Assembly: GCA_965112635.1 (NCBI GenBank)
Contig: OZ218778.1
Span: 243,666-307,665 of the forward strand
DNA: 64,000 nt
Direction: 5' to 3'
DNA from: an uncultured bacterium
Lineage (GTDB): Bacteria; Oederibacteriota; Oederibacteriia; Oederibacteriales; Oederibacteriaceae
Shown one piece after another: positions 1-10,267 of the stretch; the first letter of the stretch is position 1; each line of letters starts with the position of its first letter. The notes under the pieces were generated by a model. That model was not told the origin of the DNA. It worked only from the letters and a program-made list of their open reading frames with translations, and searched no databases. Made by a program: the position numbers and the translations under genes.

Positions 1-50
1 ACCACCTCATAAGGAACCGGCACCATCGCGTCTTTATTGAGTTCTTTCAT
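1..50 (-). CDS. 5' end of an unidentified CDS running off the window start (N-terminus MKELNKDAMVPVPYEVV)
   Basis: ATG at 48-50 on minus strand, frame open to position 1; sits 10 nt after the cNMP-binding gene, so probably same operon. Confidence 0.3.
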   Translation of the reverse strand, partial: MKELNKDAMVPVPYEV

Positions 51-60
51 GATGTCCCCC

Positions 61-528
61 TTATGGTTTAACGTTGTAAATGTTGAGTAACTGGAACCGG
101 GCAGCTTCTAAGCGCTGGCTCATGATGACGCTGAACCGGCGCAGCAGCTCATAACCGAGCTCATGGTTGGCCTCGCATTTGCCTCTCAGGCACTTGCCGT
201 CCAGGGCGATGACCTGGGACATTTCTACGGCCTTGGCGTCAAAGCGGTTCTGGTAGGGCGGTATCAGCCACGACCAGCCCAGGATATCTCCTTCGCCCAG
301 GGTCTGCACCGTGATAGGCCCGGCCTCGGGCGAATAAACCTGGACCGCTACCTTGCCGCTGCGGATGATATAGAACTCATTGGCGTCCGCGCCCTGACGG
401 AACAGGAACTGGCCCGGGTCATAACGCCGGTTGCTGGCGCAGCCCACGACGGTCTTGAGATGAGCGTTTTGCAGGCCTTTCAAGAACGGGTGCTTGGAAA
501 GAATAGGTTCTAAGGTCTCTTTTTGCAT
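61..528 (-). CDS. cyclic nucleotide-binding (Crp-type effector) domain protein without DNA-binding domain
   Basis: 155-aa ORF with cNMP-binding signature ([30 protein letters not shown]); AGGAGG RBS; 10 nt after stop of upstream Fe-S gene. Confidence 0.8.
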   Translation of the reverse strand: MQKETLEPILSKHPFLKGLQNAHLKTVVGCASNRRYDPGQFLFRQGADANEFYIIRSGKVAVQVYSPEAGPITVQTLGEGDILGWSWLIPPYQNRFDAKAVEMSQVIALDGKCLRGKCEANHELGYELLRRFSVIMSQRLEAARFQLLNIYNVKP

Positions 529-538
529 GGTTCCTCCT

Positions 539-1690
<1,152 letters not shown>

Positions 1691-1939
1691 ACTGCTCTCC
1701 TTTCGAGAAATTTAAAAAATGATAGCGTTATAGATGTTCTATTATTATAGGCCTTTGCTCTTTCGTCTAATTTTTGTTGGAAAATGGAAGGTTATTTTTT
1801 TTGATGTGAGATTATACATTAAAAAATAATAAATTGTAAACATCCCCGGCATATATATATAAAGAAGAACAATAGGCCAATTTACATAGGTTTACTGGGT
1901 CAAATACCAGCGGAAAAATTATGGGTTGAAGGACCTGAA

Positions 1940-1969
1940 CATGCTCAAGCATGCGTGCTTAAACACGTG
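1940..1969. promoter_or_regulatory. composite palindromic motif copy A (CATGCTCAAGCATG + degenerate CGTGCTTAAACACG), ~250 bp upstream of the AsrA-like gene
   Basis: read directly; related copies at 2051-2091 and 9151-9178. Confidence 0.4.
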
Positions 1970-2050
1970 GTCGTTCAACGGACACACTCTTTTTACTCTT
2001 TATAGCCCTCGTATGAGGGGTCCCCGAACAGGCTCACGTCATCACTGACG

Positions 2051-2091
2051 CATGCTTGAGCATGCGCCTGCGCACCTCGTGCTAAAGCACG
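2051..2091. promoter_or_regulatory. composite palindromic motif copy B (CATGCTTGAGCATG, 13-nt spacer, CGTGCTAAAGCACG)
   Basis: first half is the exact reverse complement of copy A first half; second half is the exact reverse complement of the 14-mer at 9165-9178. Confidence 0.4.
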
Positions 2092-2245
2092 TGCACCTTG
2101 AGGGCATGAGGGCGTGGGGATACCTTAAATCCTTATGGGGTTGTGCCCCGGATGTCTGCCCTACAAAGCTTTAGCGAAGTAGGGATGCTGGGAGGGGGTG
2201 TATTTGATCTAGTAAATACTGTTGGATTCTACCGGTTGGATTGCT

Positions 2246-3196
2246 TCAGCTTCCGTGCTCGTCCAGCCAGCGCAAGAGCTGGCTGATGCTTCCGGTCGCC
2301 AGGCTGATGTTGGTATCCGCCGCGCCGTAGTAAAGATTAATGGTATCCTTGTCGGCCCCCAGCGTGTATCCGCAGGGGAACACCACATTGGCCACATCGC
2401 CATGGCGCTCGTAGTCGGCCTCAGGACTAAAGATCCAGGAGTCGCCGCGCTTCAGGCATTGGTCCGGCTTGTCGAGCGCCAAGAGCGCCGCGCCCAGGCG
2501 GTAGATACACCCGGCCGCCGTTTGCCGGACCCCGTGATAAAGCATCAGCCAACCCCGGGAAGTCTCGATCAAAGGCGGAGAAAGCCCGATCTTGTTGGCG
2601 TCCCACCAGGCTCCTTTACGCGCCTTGAGGACGGGCTTATGGTCTCCCCAGTTCTGCAGGTCAGGCGAGTAGGAGATCCAGATGTCCGCCTGCGAGTAGG
2701 TCGTCGGGCGGTGGATGAGCGCGTAACTGCCGTTGATCCTGCGCGGCAGCAGAGTCGCGTCTTTGTCTTCCGGCTGCATGATCACGCCATAACGCTTGAA
2801 AACGCGGAAATCCTGCGTCTCGGCCAGTACCACGGCCGGGCCGCTTTTGCTGTAAGCGGTATACGCGACCATATAACTGCCGGACTCCTCAAAGTAGGTG
2901 ATCCGCGGGTCCTCGATCCCCCAAAGCTCCTCGGGATAATTCTGGGGATCAGGGCTGAGCGTGGGTTTTTGGTCAACGACCCACCCGTCTATCCCGTTCT
3001 TCGAGCGCGCCGCGCACAGGTGGGAATGCCCCCGCCGGTCCTCTACCCTGCAGAGCAGAAGCGTGGTGCCGTCCAAGAGCTTGATGGCGCCGGCGTTGAA
3101 CACCGTATGGGCCGGATACGGCCAGTCATCCGCCGTCAGGATTGGATTTTTTTCATGCCGTTTAAAAAGGACCTCATACCCGTGTTCCATGCTCAT
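2246..3196 (-). CDS. glycoside hydrolase family 130 protein (mannoside phosphorylase-like)
   Basis: 316-aa ORF with GH130-like signature (WGIEDPRITYFEESGSYMVAYTAYS); start overlaps stop of upstream gene (ATGA). Confidence 0.85.
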   Translation of the reverse strand: MSMEHGYEVLFKRHEKNPILTADDWPYPAHTVFNAGAIKLLDGTTLLLCRVEDRRGHSHLCAARSKNGIDGWVVDQKPTLSPDPQNYPEELWGIEDPRITYFEESGSYMVAYTAYSKSGPAVVLAETQDFRVFKRYGVIMQPEDKDATLLPRRINGSYALIHRPTTYSQADIWISYSPDLQNWGDHKPVLKARKGAWWDANKIGLSPPLIETSRGWLMLYHGVRQTAAGCIYRLGAALLALDKPDQCLKRGDSWIFSPEADYERHGDVANVVFPCGYTLGADKDTINLYYGAADTNISLATGSISQLLRWLDEHGS

Positions 3197-5451
3197 GGTT
3201 TTTTCCCCCGTCTGACAGTTTTTTCGCTGACAACGCCGATCCCGCCGCTGGAGTACATTTCCGCGAGCGCCAGCAGGAACGAGAGCGTGGACTCCGCGCC
3301 CTGGTTCGCGTTCACGGTGTCGCTATGGAGCCCGTCGCAGCAGCCGCCGGTCGATGGGTCGTAAAGTGATTGCTGCAAATGATTTTCCCCCAGCATCCAG
3401 TTAAAAGCCCGCCGCGCCTGCTTCGTCCACTGGCCGTCTCCGGTGACCCGCCCTGCCTCCAGGCAGGCCGAGACCATGCCGCAGGCTTCCACGGGCTGCT
3501 GGTCAAAAGCGGCCTTGGGCCCGCCCCGGCTGTAGAAGCCGTTCGAACCGACCGGCGCGAAAGTATCATCCCCGGAGCGCTGCACGGAGACCAGCCACCC
3601 CAGCGATCTCAAGCCCGCTTCCTTCATGATTTCATCCCCCATCAGGTTCCCGGATACGAGGAGCGCCTGGGATAACCGCGCGTTGCAGTAGGTCACGCGG
3701 TCCTCGAACCAGGGCCAGTCGCTGGTGCTGGTCCGCTGAAAAAGTCCCAGGAGACGCTCCGCCAGGGTTTTTCTCACCGACTGGATGCCGCTGTCCCCCT
3801 GGAACGCGCGAAGGTATTCGTCGATCCCTAAAAGCGCGTACGCCCAGGCGCGCGGGCTGGAAAAACCCTGGACCGCGGGTAAAGCCGCGTAAAACAAGCT
3901 GCTACTGAGGCTCTGTTGTCCGGGATCGCTGGCGCGGCCGACCACGCTTCCCAGCGCCCAAAGGGCCCGGCCATGGCTTTCTTCGGAGCCGCATTCTTCG
4001 GCCCACTGCCGGGAATAGGTGAGGAAGTTACGGAACCGGCCCTTTTCCGCGTTGAACGCGTTATTGACAAAGGCCAGATAACGGGAGGCCAGAGGAGTCA
4101 CCTCTTTGGCCGTGACCGTGCCCGCGTCCTCCAGGAGCGTCATCAGGAGCAAGGCGCGCGCGTTGTCGTCAAGGCAGTAGCCGTCCTGGTACCGCGGGAT
4201 GCTGAAGGCGGCGTGCTGCAATACTCCTGTCCCGTCCGTCATCAGCCGGAGGTGCTCTAGGTTGATCTCCGGAAGGTCAGCCGGCTGTTCCGCCAGCGTC
4301 CTGGCCTGGAACACCGTGCGCCGCCGGTCCGCTTGCCCGGATACGGCGCGTTCAAAACTCTTTAGATAGCTGGCCGCGACGCTGGGCCACAGCATTTCGC
4401 GGCCCAGGCTGGCGGCGCGCTGGCGCATGGCCAGCCGTTTCGCGTCATTACCCAGAAGGTCGTTGACGGCGTCCGCGATAGCCTTGGAGTCTTTCAAGGG
4501 GACCAGGACCCCGACGCCGTCGCGGAGCAGCTCCTGGGCGTGCCAGTAAGGAGTGGAGATGACCGCCCTGCCGGAACCCAGAGCGTAGGCCAGGGTCCCC
4601 GAGGTGGTTTGTTCCATATTAAGATAGGGCGTCACGTAGATGTCCGTCGCGGATAGGAATTCCACGAGCTCGGCCTGGCTCACGAAGCGGTTATGAAAAA
4701 TGATATTGGCGTCCACGCCCAGCCGCTGGGCGCGGTTTTCCAGCCCCAGCCGGTAGATCTCGCCGTGATGCTCTTTGACGTGGGGGTGGGTGGCTCCCAG
4801 CACGATGTAGACCGTGTCCGGATGCCGCCCCAGGATGGCCGGCAGGGCTTCGATGACATACTCGATCCCCTTGTCCGGCGAGAGCAGTCCGAACGTAAGG
4901 AGCACGGATCTGCCCGCCACGCCGAGCTTGTCCTTGCTGAGGGAGTCGAACGGCACGGCCGGTATCCCGTGGGGGATCAAGTCGATCTTGTGGTCCGGGA
5001 CCCCGTAGACCTTTCGGAGCGTCGCGGCGCCGCGCTCGGTCATGACCACGAGGCGCTCGGAAACCTGGACGAGTTCTTCCATCACGGCACGCTGGGGTTC
5101 ATTGGGTTCGCTGAGCAGCGTGTGCAGGGTCGTGACGACCGGCATCCGCAGCTCCCGGAGAAGCACCAGCAAATGGCTGCCGGCCTTGCCTCCGAAGATC
5201 CCGTATTCGTGCTGGACGCAGAGGACATCCACGGCGTTGACGTTCAAAAAATCCGCCGCCCGCCGGTACGAGGCGATATCGCTCTCGGTGATCTCGAAAC
5301 GGACGCGGCCGGAGTAATCATAACGCCGGTCGGCGTCGTTCATGGCCAGCACGAACAGGTCTTTTTCAGGGGATTGGGCCGCGACGGCCTCAGAGAGGTC
5401 ACCAGTGAAAGTGGCGATACCGCACAGGCGCGGGACATAACTGCCCAGCAT
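3193..5451 (-). CDS. GT4 (group 1) glycosyltransferase fused to a ~350-aa C-terminal domain of uncertain family (possibly glycoside-hydrolase-like)
   Basis: 752-aa ORF; N-terminal half has GT4-like architecture; C-terminal half not confidently assigned. Confidence 0.7.
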   Translation of the reverse strand: MLGSYVPRLCGIATFTGDLSEAVAAQSPEKDLFVLAMNDADRRYDYSGRVRFEITESDIASYRRAADFLNVNAVDVLCVQHEYGIFGGKAGSHLLVLLRELRMPVVTTLHTLLSEPNEPQRAVMEELVQVSERLVVMTERGAATLRKVYGVPDHKIDLIPHGIPAVPFDSLSKDKLGVAGRSVLLTFGLLSPDKGIEYVIEALPAILGRHPDTVYIVLGATHPHVKEHHGEIYRLGLENRAQRLGVDANIIFHNRFVSQAELVEFLSATDIYVTPYLNMEQTTSGTLAYALGSGRAVISTPYWHAQELLRDGVGVLVPLKDSKAIADAVNDLLGNDAKRLAMRQRAASLGREMLWPSVAASYLKSFERAVSGQADRRRTVFQARTLAEQPADLPEINLEHLRLMTDGTGVLQHAAFSIPRYQDGYCLDDNARALLLMTLLEDAGTVTAKEVTPLASRYLAFVNNAFNAEKGRFRNFLTYSRQWAEECGSEESHGRALWALGSVVGRASDPGQQSLSSSLFYAALPAVQGFSSPRAWAYALLGIDEYLRAFQGDSGIQSVRKTLAERLLGLFQRTSTSDWPWFEDRVTYCNARLSQALLVSGNLMGDEIMKEAGLRSLGWLVSVQRSGDDTFAPVGSNGFYSRGGPKAAFDQQPVEACGMVSACLEAGRVTGDGQWTKQARRAFNWMLGENHLQQSLYDPSTGGCCDGLHSDTVNANQGAESTLSFLLALAEMYSSGGIGVVSEKTVRRGKKP

Positions 5452-5669
5452 GGCGATCTTGCGGACTGCCTTTGGCGCGGTAAGGTTTTCGATAACTCCT
5501 CCGATGGCGCGCTCCTCGCTAAAGCAAGCGGAGACAGCGTCACTTCTAATGTATCACCGAATCGCGGGTGGAATATCACGATCTTCAGTCCCCGCCCTAG
5601 AGTCCGCGAGAAATAGACATTCCATTAGATTTATCAGTTGTCCTAATGGCAGTATTTGAAAGGACGGAT

Positions 5670-5948
5670 TCATTTATATATTTCTCTTCTGTGCCCAATA
5701 TCAATAATAATGACCAACAGCACATCGGATTTGATCATATAAATGATCCGATAACTCCCTACCCGGTAGGAATACTGACCTTTTAAATCCCCATGAAGGG
5801 GCTTGCCCAGATACGGTTCCCTTTCCAGGCCGTGAAGAGCATTGCTGATCCTTTCATAAAGCGGCCTGTCTCGTTTTGCAAGCTTCTTATAAAATTTTTC
5901 TGCATCTTCCTGCAGGACAACAGTGTATTTATTCAATTTCTTTTTCAA
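5670..5948 (-). CDS. type II toxin, RelE/ParE family
   Basis: 92-aa ORF, RelE/ParE-like C-terminus (YRIIYMIKSDVLLVIIIDIGHRREIYK); overlaps upstream antitoxin gene by 20 nt; AT-rich relative to neighbours. Confidence 0.85.
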   Translation of the reverse strand: MKKKLNKYTVVLQEDAEKFYKKLAKRDRPLYERISNALHGLEREPYLGKPLHGDLKGQYSYRVGSYRIIYMIKSDVLLVIIIDIGHRREIYK

Positions 5949-6195
5949 TCTCCTCTAATGGACGCACCTTGCCTTTCTTCACATTTTCCAGTCCCGCTTT
6001 AATTCTTTTCATGGCACTGCGGTCATTCAAAATATCAAGGGTTTCCATCAAGGATTCATAATCCTCATAGCTCATAATTTCAGCCACAGGTTTGCCGTGG
6101 TTCGTGACCGTGACCCTTTCCAATTTATGGTCTATCTTCTTAAGAACGCCGGGCAAGGTTTGCCTCAATTCCCTGACGCTCAAAACATTATTCAT
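5929..6195 (-). CDS. type II antitoxin, Phd/YefM family
   Basis: MNNVLSVRELRQ N-terminus typical of Phd/YefM; GGAGG RBS 8 nt upstream of ATG at 6195. Confidence 0.85.
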   Translation of the reverse strand: MNNVLSVRELRQTLPGVLKKIDHKLERVTVTNHGKPVAEIMSYEDYESLMETLDILNDRSAMKRIKAGLENVKKGKVRPLEEIEKEIE

Positions 6196-6256
6196 CTGCA
6201 ACACCTCCTCATTATGAAAATTTTATGTTAAGTATAGCAGGAAAAGGGTTAATTTG

Positions 6257-6275
6257 GTACACAGATGTGTACACA
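6257..6275. promoter_or_regulatory. palindromic candidate operator of the TA operon (GTACAC-AGAT-GTGTAC, overlapping TGTGTACACA)
   Basis: perfect inverted repeat 62-80 bp upstream of the antitoxin start, next to a TATACT -10-like hexamer on the minus strand. Confidence 0.4.
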
Positions 6276-6307
6276 TTAGGCAAAGGTGTTCTGCCGAAAG
6301 TGCTTTT

Positions 6308-6414
6308 CGACATAAATACGCAAGTAAGGAAACGCATTATTATAACTGGGCTTGCGCTTGTTTTGTCGTAAAGCTATTACGACATAAACACCCTTGAGTG
6401 GAAACGCATATTAA
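6308..6414. repeat. two degenerate ~35-bp direct repeats with 72-bp period (CGACATAAA...GGAAACGCAT)
   Basis: read directly; only two copies, roughly three-quarters identical. Confidence 0.4.
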
Positions 6415-6429
6415 AATCTGCAAGGGTGT

Positions 6430-7479
6430 TTAGCAGATCCTCGGCAGTTGGTCTCCGCTGAGCATGTCCAGGATCCTTCTCACGCCGATTTTGCTCTCCA
6501 GCGTGACCTGGCCCTTGGCGGCATCCAAAACCTTTCCCACCACAGCCGCTTCTTTACCAAGAGGATGGGCCCTCATCAAGTTAAGGGCTTTTTTCTCGTC
6601 TTTTTCCGGCACAAACAAGGCAAACCTGCCCTCATTGGCCACATACAAGGGATCCAGCCCCAGCATTTCACAGGCCGCCTGCACTTGATTGTTTACTGGG
6701 ATGGCCTTTTCTTCCAGGGCTATTTCCCTGCCAGAGGCCTGGGCTATCTCCACCATTGTCGTAGCCAATCCGCCCCGGGTCAGGTCGCGCAAACAATGGA
6801 CCTCGACCTCGGCCTTTAAGAGCTCCAGCACCAGGCCGGACAAGGGAGCGCAGTCGCTCTGGATGGTGGTTTCAAAATTCAACCCTTCCCGGCTGGCCAT
6901 GATGGCCATGCCGTGCCTGCCCAAATCTCCGTTGATGAGGATCTTGTCTCCGGGTTTGATGCTTTTGGGATGGATAACCAGCTTGTGGTCTATGGCTCCC
7001 ACCCCGGCGGTATTGATATACACGCCGTCCCCCTTGCCTTTGTCCACCACTTTGGTGTCACCGGTCACGACCTGCACTCCGGCCTCTTCGGCTGTTTTGG
7101 CCAGGGACTGGACGATTTGCCACAAGGTTTCCATGGCCAAACCTTCTTCCAATATAAAGGAAGCGGAAAGATAGAGCGGCCTGGCCCCGCACATGGCCAG
7201 ATCATTGACCGTGCCGCACACAGCCAGCTTGCCTATATCCCCGCCGGGGAAAAATAAAGGTTTGACCACGAATGAGTCCGAAGTGAAGGCCAGTTTTTCC
7301 CGTGTCGTGGGGAACACCGCGCTGTCGTGCCCTGCTCCAGGCAGGTCATTTTTAAAGGCGGGCAAAAACATTTTTTCGATGAGCTGGTGCATGAGTTTGC
7401 CGCCGCTGCCGTGGCCCAGGGTCACGACCGGATATTGGGCTATGGGGATGGGGCAGGTCAGATTAAATTCTTTAGGCAT
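6430..7479 (-). CDS. hypE: hydrogenase maturation carbamoyl dehydratase HypE
   Basis: HypE-like sequence ending in the characteristic C-terminal PRIC; AAGGAG RBS before ATG at 7479. Confidence 0.9.
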   Translation of the reverse strand: MPKEFNLTCPIPIAQYPVVTLGHGSGGKLMHQLIEKMFLPAFKNDLPGAGHDSAVFPTTREKLAFTSDSFVVKPLFFPGGDIGKLAVCGTVNDLAMCGARPLYLSASFILEEGLAMETLWQIVQSLAKTAEEAGVQVVTGDTKVVDKGKGDGVYINTAGVGAIDHKLVIHPKSIKPGDKILINGDLGRHGMAIMASREGLNFETTIQSDCAPLSGLVLELLKAEVEVHCLRDLTRGGLATTMVEIAQASGREIALEEKAIPVNNQVQAACEMLGLDPLYVANEGRFALFVPEKDEKKALNLMRAHPLGKEAAVVGKVLDAAKGQVTLESKIGVRRILDMLSGDQLPRIC

Positions 7480-7501
7480 AAATATGCTCCTTAAAAATTG
7501 T

Positions 7502-7572
7502 GTCCAAAGTCTCAAGTCCAATGTCCAAAGTTTTTGTGTAACTTTGAACTTTAAACTTTGAACTCGGAACTA
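7502..7572. repeat. hypD-hypE intercistronic repeats (GTCCAAAGT x2, AACTTTGAAC x3) able to form stem-loops
   Basis: read directly in the 105-nt gap between hypD stop and hypE start. Confidence 0.4.
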
Positions 7573-7584
7573 TCATTACTCCAA

Positions 7585-8670
7585 TCAATGCTTCCTATAG
7601 TTGTAATAAGCTGCGCAGGCGCCCTCAGGCGACACCATCGGCGCACCCAGCGGCGTTTCCGGAGTGCAACGCGTGGCAAAAGCCGTGCATTCCTTGGGTT
7701 TTTTGATGCCCTGCAGGACCAGACCGCTGATACACTCGGGGTCTTCGCTCACCGCCAGGTCTTGGAGGTCAAACTTTTTTTCCGCGTCATAGGCCGCATA
7801 CTGGGGCCGCAGACCTAGGCCGCTCAAGGGGATCTCTCCGATACCGCGCCATTTGCGCGGTACGATCTGAAAAACTTCCTTGATGAGTGTCTGGGCAGGT
7901 AGATTGCCCTGCCTCTGGACACTGCGGGTATATTGATTCTCCACTTTGGCTTCGCCTTTTTCCAGTTGAGCGATGCATAGATACAGCCCCTCTAAAATAT
8001 CCACTGGTTCGAACCCCGTGACCACGATGGGAACTTTGAATTTCGCCGCCAGCGGTTCATACTCGGTATAACCCATGACCGTGCACACATGGCCCGCGGC
8101 CAGGAAGCCGTTGATCCTTTGGTTCGGGGAACTCAGGATCGCCTCCATGGCCGGCGGCACCAACACATGAGAGACCAGAATGGAAAAGTTCTTTATCCCC
8201 TGTTCCTTGGCCTGGAAAACCGCCATGGCATTGGCCGGCGCCGTAGTCTCAAACCCCACGGCAAAAAACACCACCTGTTTCCCTGGGTTTTCCCGGGCCA
8301 GCTGGAGACAATCCAGGGGTGAATACACCATGCGCACATCCCCGCCCTGGGCCTTGGCCAACAACAGGTTCTCTTTGGTCCCGGGCACGCGCATCATATC
8401 GCCGAAAGAGCAAAAGATGATGTCAGGCCGATGGGCCAGCTGGATGGCCTTATCGATGAGCTCGACGGGTGTCACGCACACCGGACATCCCGGGCCGTGG
8501 ATCAGGGTGATCCCCTTGGGCAACAGCTCATCCACTCCGTACTTGACGATGGAATGCGTCTGTCCGCCGCACAGTTCCATGATGTTCCAGGGCTTGGTGG
8601 TTATCTTCTGGATAAGTCCGGCGATATGGCGGGCTTGTTCCGGGTCACGGTATTCGTCGATAAATTTCAA
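7585..8670 (-). CDS. hypD: hydrogenase maturation factor HypD
   Basis: 361-aa ORF with HypD motifs (CGGQTHS, GPGCPVC); apparent TTG start overlapping the hypC stop. Confidence 0.9.
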   Translation of the reverse strand: MKFIDEYRDPEQARHIAGLIQKITTKPWNIMELCGGQTHSIVKYGVDELLPKGITLIHGPGCPVCVTPVELIDKAIQLAHRPDIIFCSFGDMMRVPGTKENLLLAKAQGGDVRMVYSPLDCLQLARENPGKQVVFFAVGFETTAPANAMAVFQAKEQGIKNFSILVSHVLVPPAMEAILSSPNQRINGFLAAGHVCTVMGYTEYEPLAAKFKVPIVVTGFEPVDILEGLYLCIAQLEKGEAKVENQYTRSVQRQGNLPAQTLIKEVFQIVPRKWRGIGEIPLSGLGLRPQYAAYDAEKKFDLQDLAVSEDPECISGLVLQGIKKPKECTAFATRCTPETPLGAPMVSPEGACAAYYNYRKH

Positions 8671-8912
8671 CCAATGCCTTCCCTTCCCAGGGCATCCATC
8701 TCACGAAAAGCTTCGTAGACTTTGGCCGCTTCTTTTTCATCCAACCGGCTGATGGCAAAACCCACATGCACATACACATAGTCGCCGACCTTAGCCTCAG
8801 GCACATAGGCCAGGCAGGCCTCTTTGATCACGCCTTCGTAACTCACTTTGCCCATACGGGTCTGGGCGTTCTCTTCAATGCTAATGATCTTACCGGGTAT
8901 GGCTAAACACAT
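8667..8912 (-). CDS. hypC: hydrogenase maturation factor HypC
   Basis: 81-aa ORF starting MCLAIP, the HypC/HupF hallmark. Confidence 0.9.
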   Translation of the reverse strand: MCLAIPGKIISIEENAQTRMGKVSYEGVIKEACLAYVPEAKVGDYVYVHVGFAISRLDEKEAAKVYEAFREMDALGREGIG

Positions 8913-8927
8913 AATTAAATACCTCCC

Positions 8928-8974
8928 AGACCAGCTTGCAAATTTTCAACATACTTTCCCTCTAAAGCTGGTCT
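8928..8974. promoter_or_regulatory. 10-bp perfect inverted repeat (AGACCAGCTT / AAGCTGGTCT) in the hypC leader
   Basis: read directly, 16-60 nt upstream of hypC start. Confidence 0.3.
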
Positions 8975-9150
8975 TTATCGTAAAGTGCTTTCAACAACCT
9001 TATTATTATCATTATTTCACGAATCATTAGTCCGGGCAACCGCTTCAAGTATTATCTGATGAGACTTTTTCGGCGGACTAATGAGGTTGACTTTCCCCTC
9101 TGGGCTTGTTAGCTTTTTTTTGCACTGGGCAACAGCCCAGCCCGGAGCGC

Positions 9151-9178
9151 CATGCTCATGCATGCGTGCTTTAGCACG
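9151..9178. promoter_or_regulatory. composite palindromic motif copy C (CATGCTCATGCATG + CGTGCTTTAGCACG), ~240 bp upstream of hypC
   Basis: read directly; related to copies at 1940-1969 and 2051-2091. Confidence 0.4.
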
Positions 9179-9212
9179 AGCCAAAGGATCATTCTTGGCA
9201 AGCGAAGGTGCA

Positions 9213-9252
9213 GTTCGTATGCTATTCTATAAAAAATTAATAGCATACGAAC
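9213..9252. promoter_or_regulatory. candidate NikR operator: perfect 14-bp inverted repeat with 12-bp spacer, containing GTATGC-N19-GCATAC
   Basis: read directly; 50-90 bp upstream of the OMP gene that heads the nikR/nickel-uptake block; overlaps a possible -35 TTGGCA / -10 TATGCT. Confidence 0.45.
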
Positions 9253-9304
9253 CAGCATCAATTATTCAATTTTTTGTAAAGAACTTTAAATTAGGAGGAA
9301 ATAA

Positions 9305-10229
9305 ATGTTCCCCTCCAAAGTCTATCTATTCATTTTCACACTGCTCCTATTATCCTTGACCAATCAGGGCCTGTGCCATGTGATACCCACTACTCCTAAT
9401 GATGACTGGAATCCAGTTTCCACCGGCCCCATCAACACCTGGACCGCTTCCCTGGAACCCGCCGGGGAACTTAACACTCAGCTCTTTGTTTTTTACACCA
9501 TGACCACGGGATTTTATGACGGGGCGGGAAAGTTCTGGTCATTGCCGGATAACACCACCAAGACCCAGTTCCAGGAGCAGCTGTTCCTCCAATATGCTAT
9601 CAACCCTATGTTTGAAATGGATGCCCAACTTTCCACTTTTCAAAATACGCTCAAGGTCGGCGACCAGACTTCCTATTATAGTGGCCCGGGTGACTCGATC
9701 TTCTTTTTGCGTTATGCCATCGCCACCGAAACTCATCCTTACCCCTTCCTGACCGGCGTACTCCAGCTCAGGGTTCCCTCGGGCAATTTTCTTAACCAAA
9801 CCTCCACCCTAAGGACTTCTGATCTCACCGGCACGGGAAGCGTGGGCAGTGGGTATGGGGTTGATGGCCACCAAAAAACTCAAACCATTCTTGCTGCATA
9901 CCGACCTCATCTACAATGTACCCTTACAGACCCAGACCAATATCACTTCTATTAACTACGGCGACTCCGTGAATTATGACCTGGGTGCCGAATACTTTAT
10001 GTCCTACGGATTTAACCTGTCCATGGAGATGAATTATATCTACGAGGCCACTGGCAGTATTTATGGCTTATTCACTCCCGGCGTTTCGGGTAACTACCTC
10101 ATGCTGACCCCGGGACTAGGCTGGGCCGTAAAAAATACCCAGTTACTACTCGGCTATCAATGGGGACTCTATGGCGTCAACACCGATGCCCTAAGTTCCT
10201 ATGTCTTTACCGCCTCGGCTCCGTTCTAA
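9305..10229 (+). pseudogene. putative outer-membrane beta-barrel protein, reading frame broken at an A6 run near 9874-9879
   Basis: signal peptide MFPSKVYLFIFTLLLLSLTNQG, C-terminal aromatic residue; two overlapping ORFs (9305-9955, 9849-10229) rejoin if A6 is read as A5. Confidence 0.5.
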
Positions 10230-10267
10230 AAAAACACTCGTCGGACAAAACTTAAGGAGGCAAAATT

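Noticed and set aside
2222-5616. Long plus-strand ORFs 2222-3364 (380 aa) and 4693-5616 (307 aa)
   Set aside because: Antisense to the GH130 and GT4-fusion genes; low-complexity Arg/Gly/Pro-rich translations without recognisable motifs.
6308-6414. Possible CRISPR array or iterons
   Set aside because: Only two degenerate repeat copies, no cas genes and no regular spacer structure; kept only as a low-confidence repeat.
8913-9150. Sigma-54 promoter upstream of hypC
   Set aside because: No TGGCAC-N5-TTGC-type element found on the minus strand by eye; the T8 plus CTGGGC-AACA-GCCCAG hairpin at 9112-9141 is in the wrong orientation to be a terminator.
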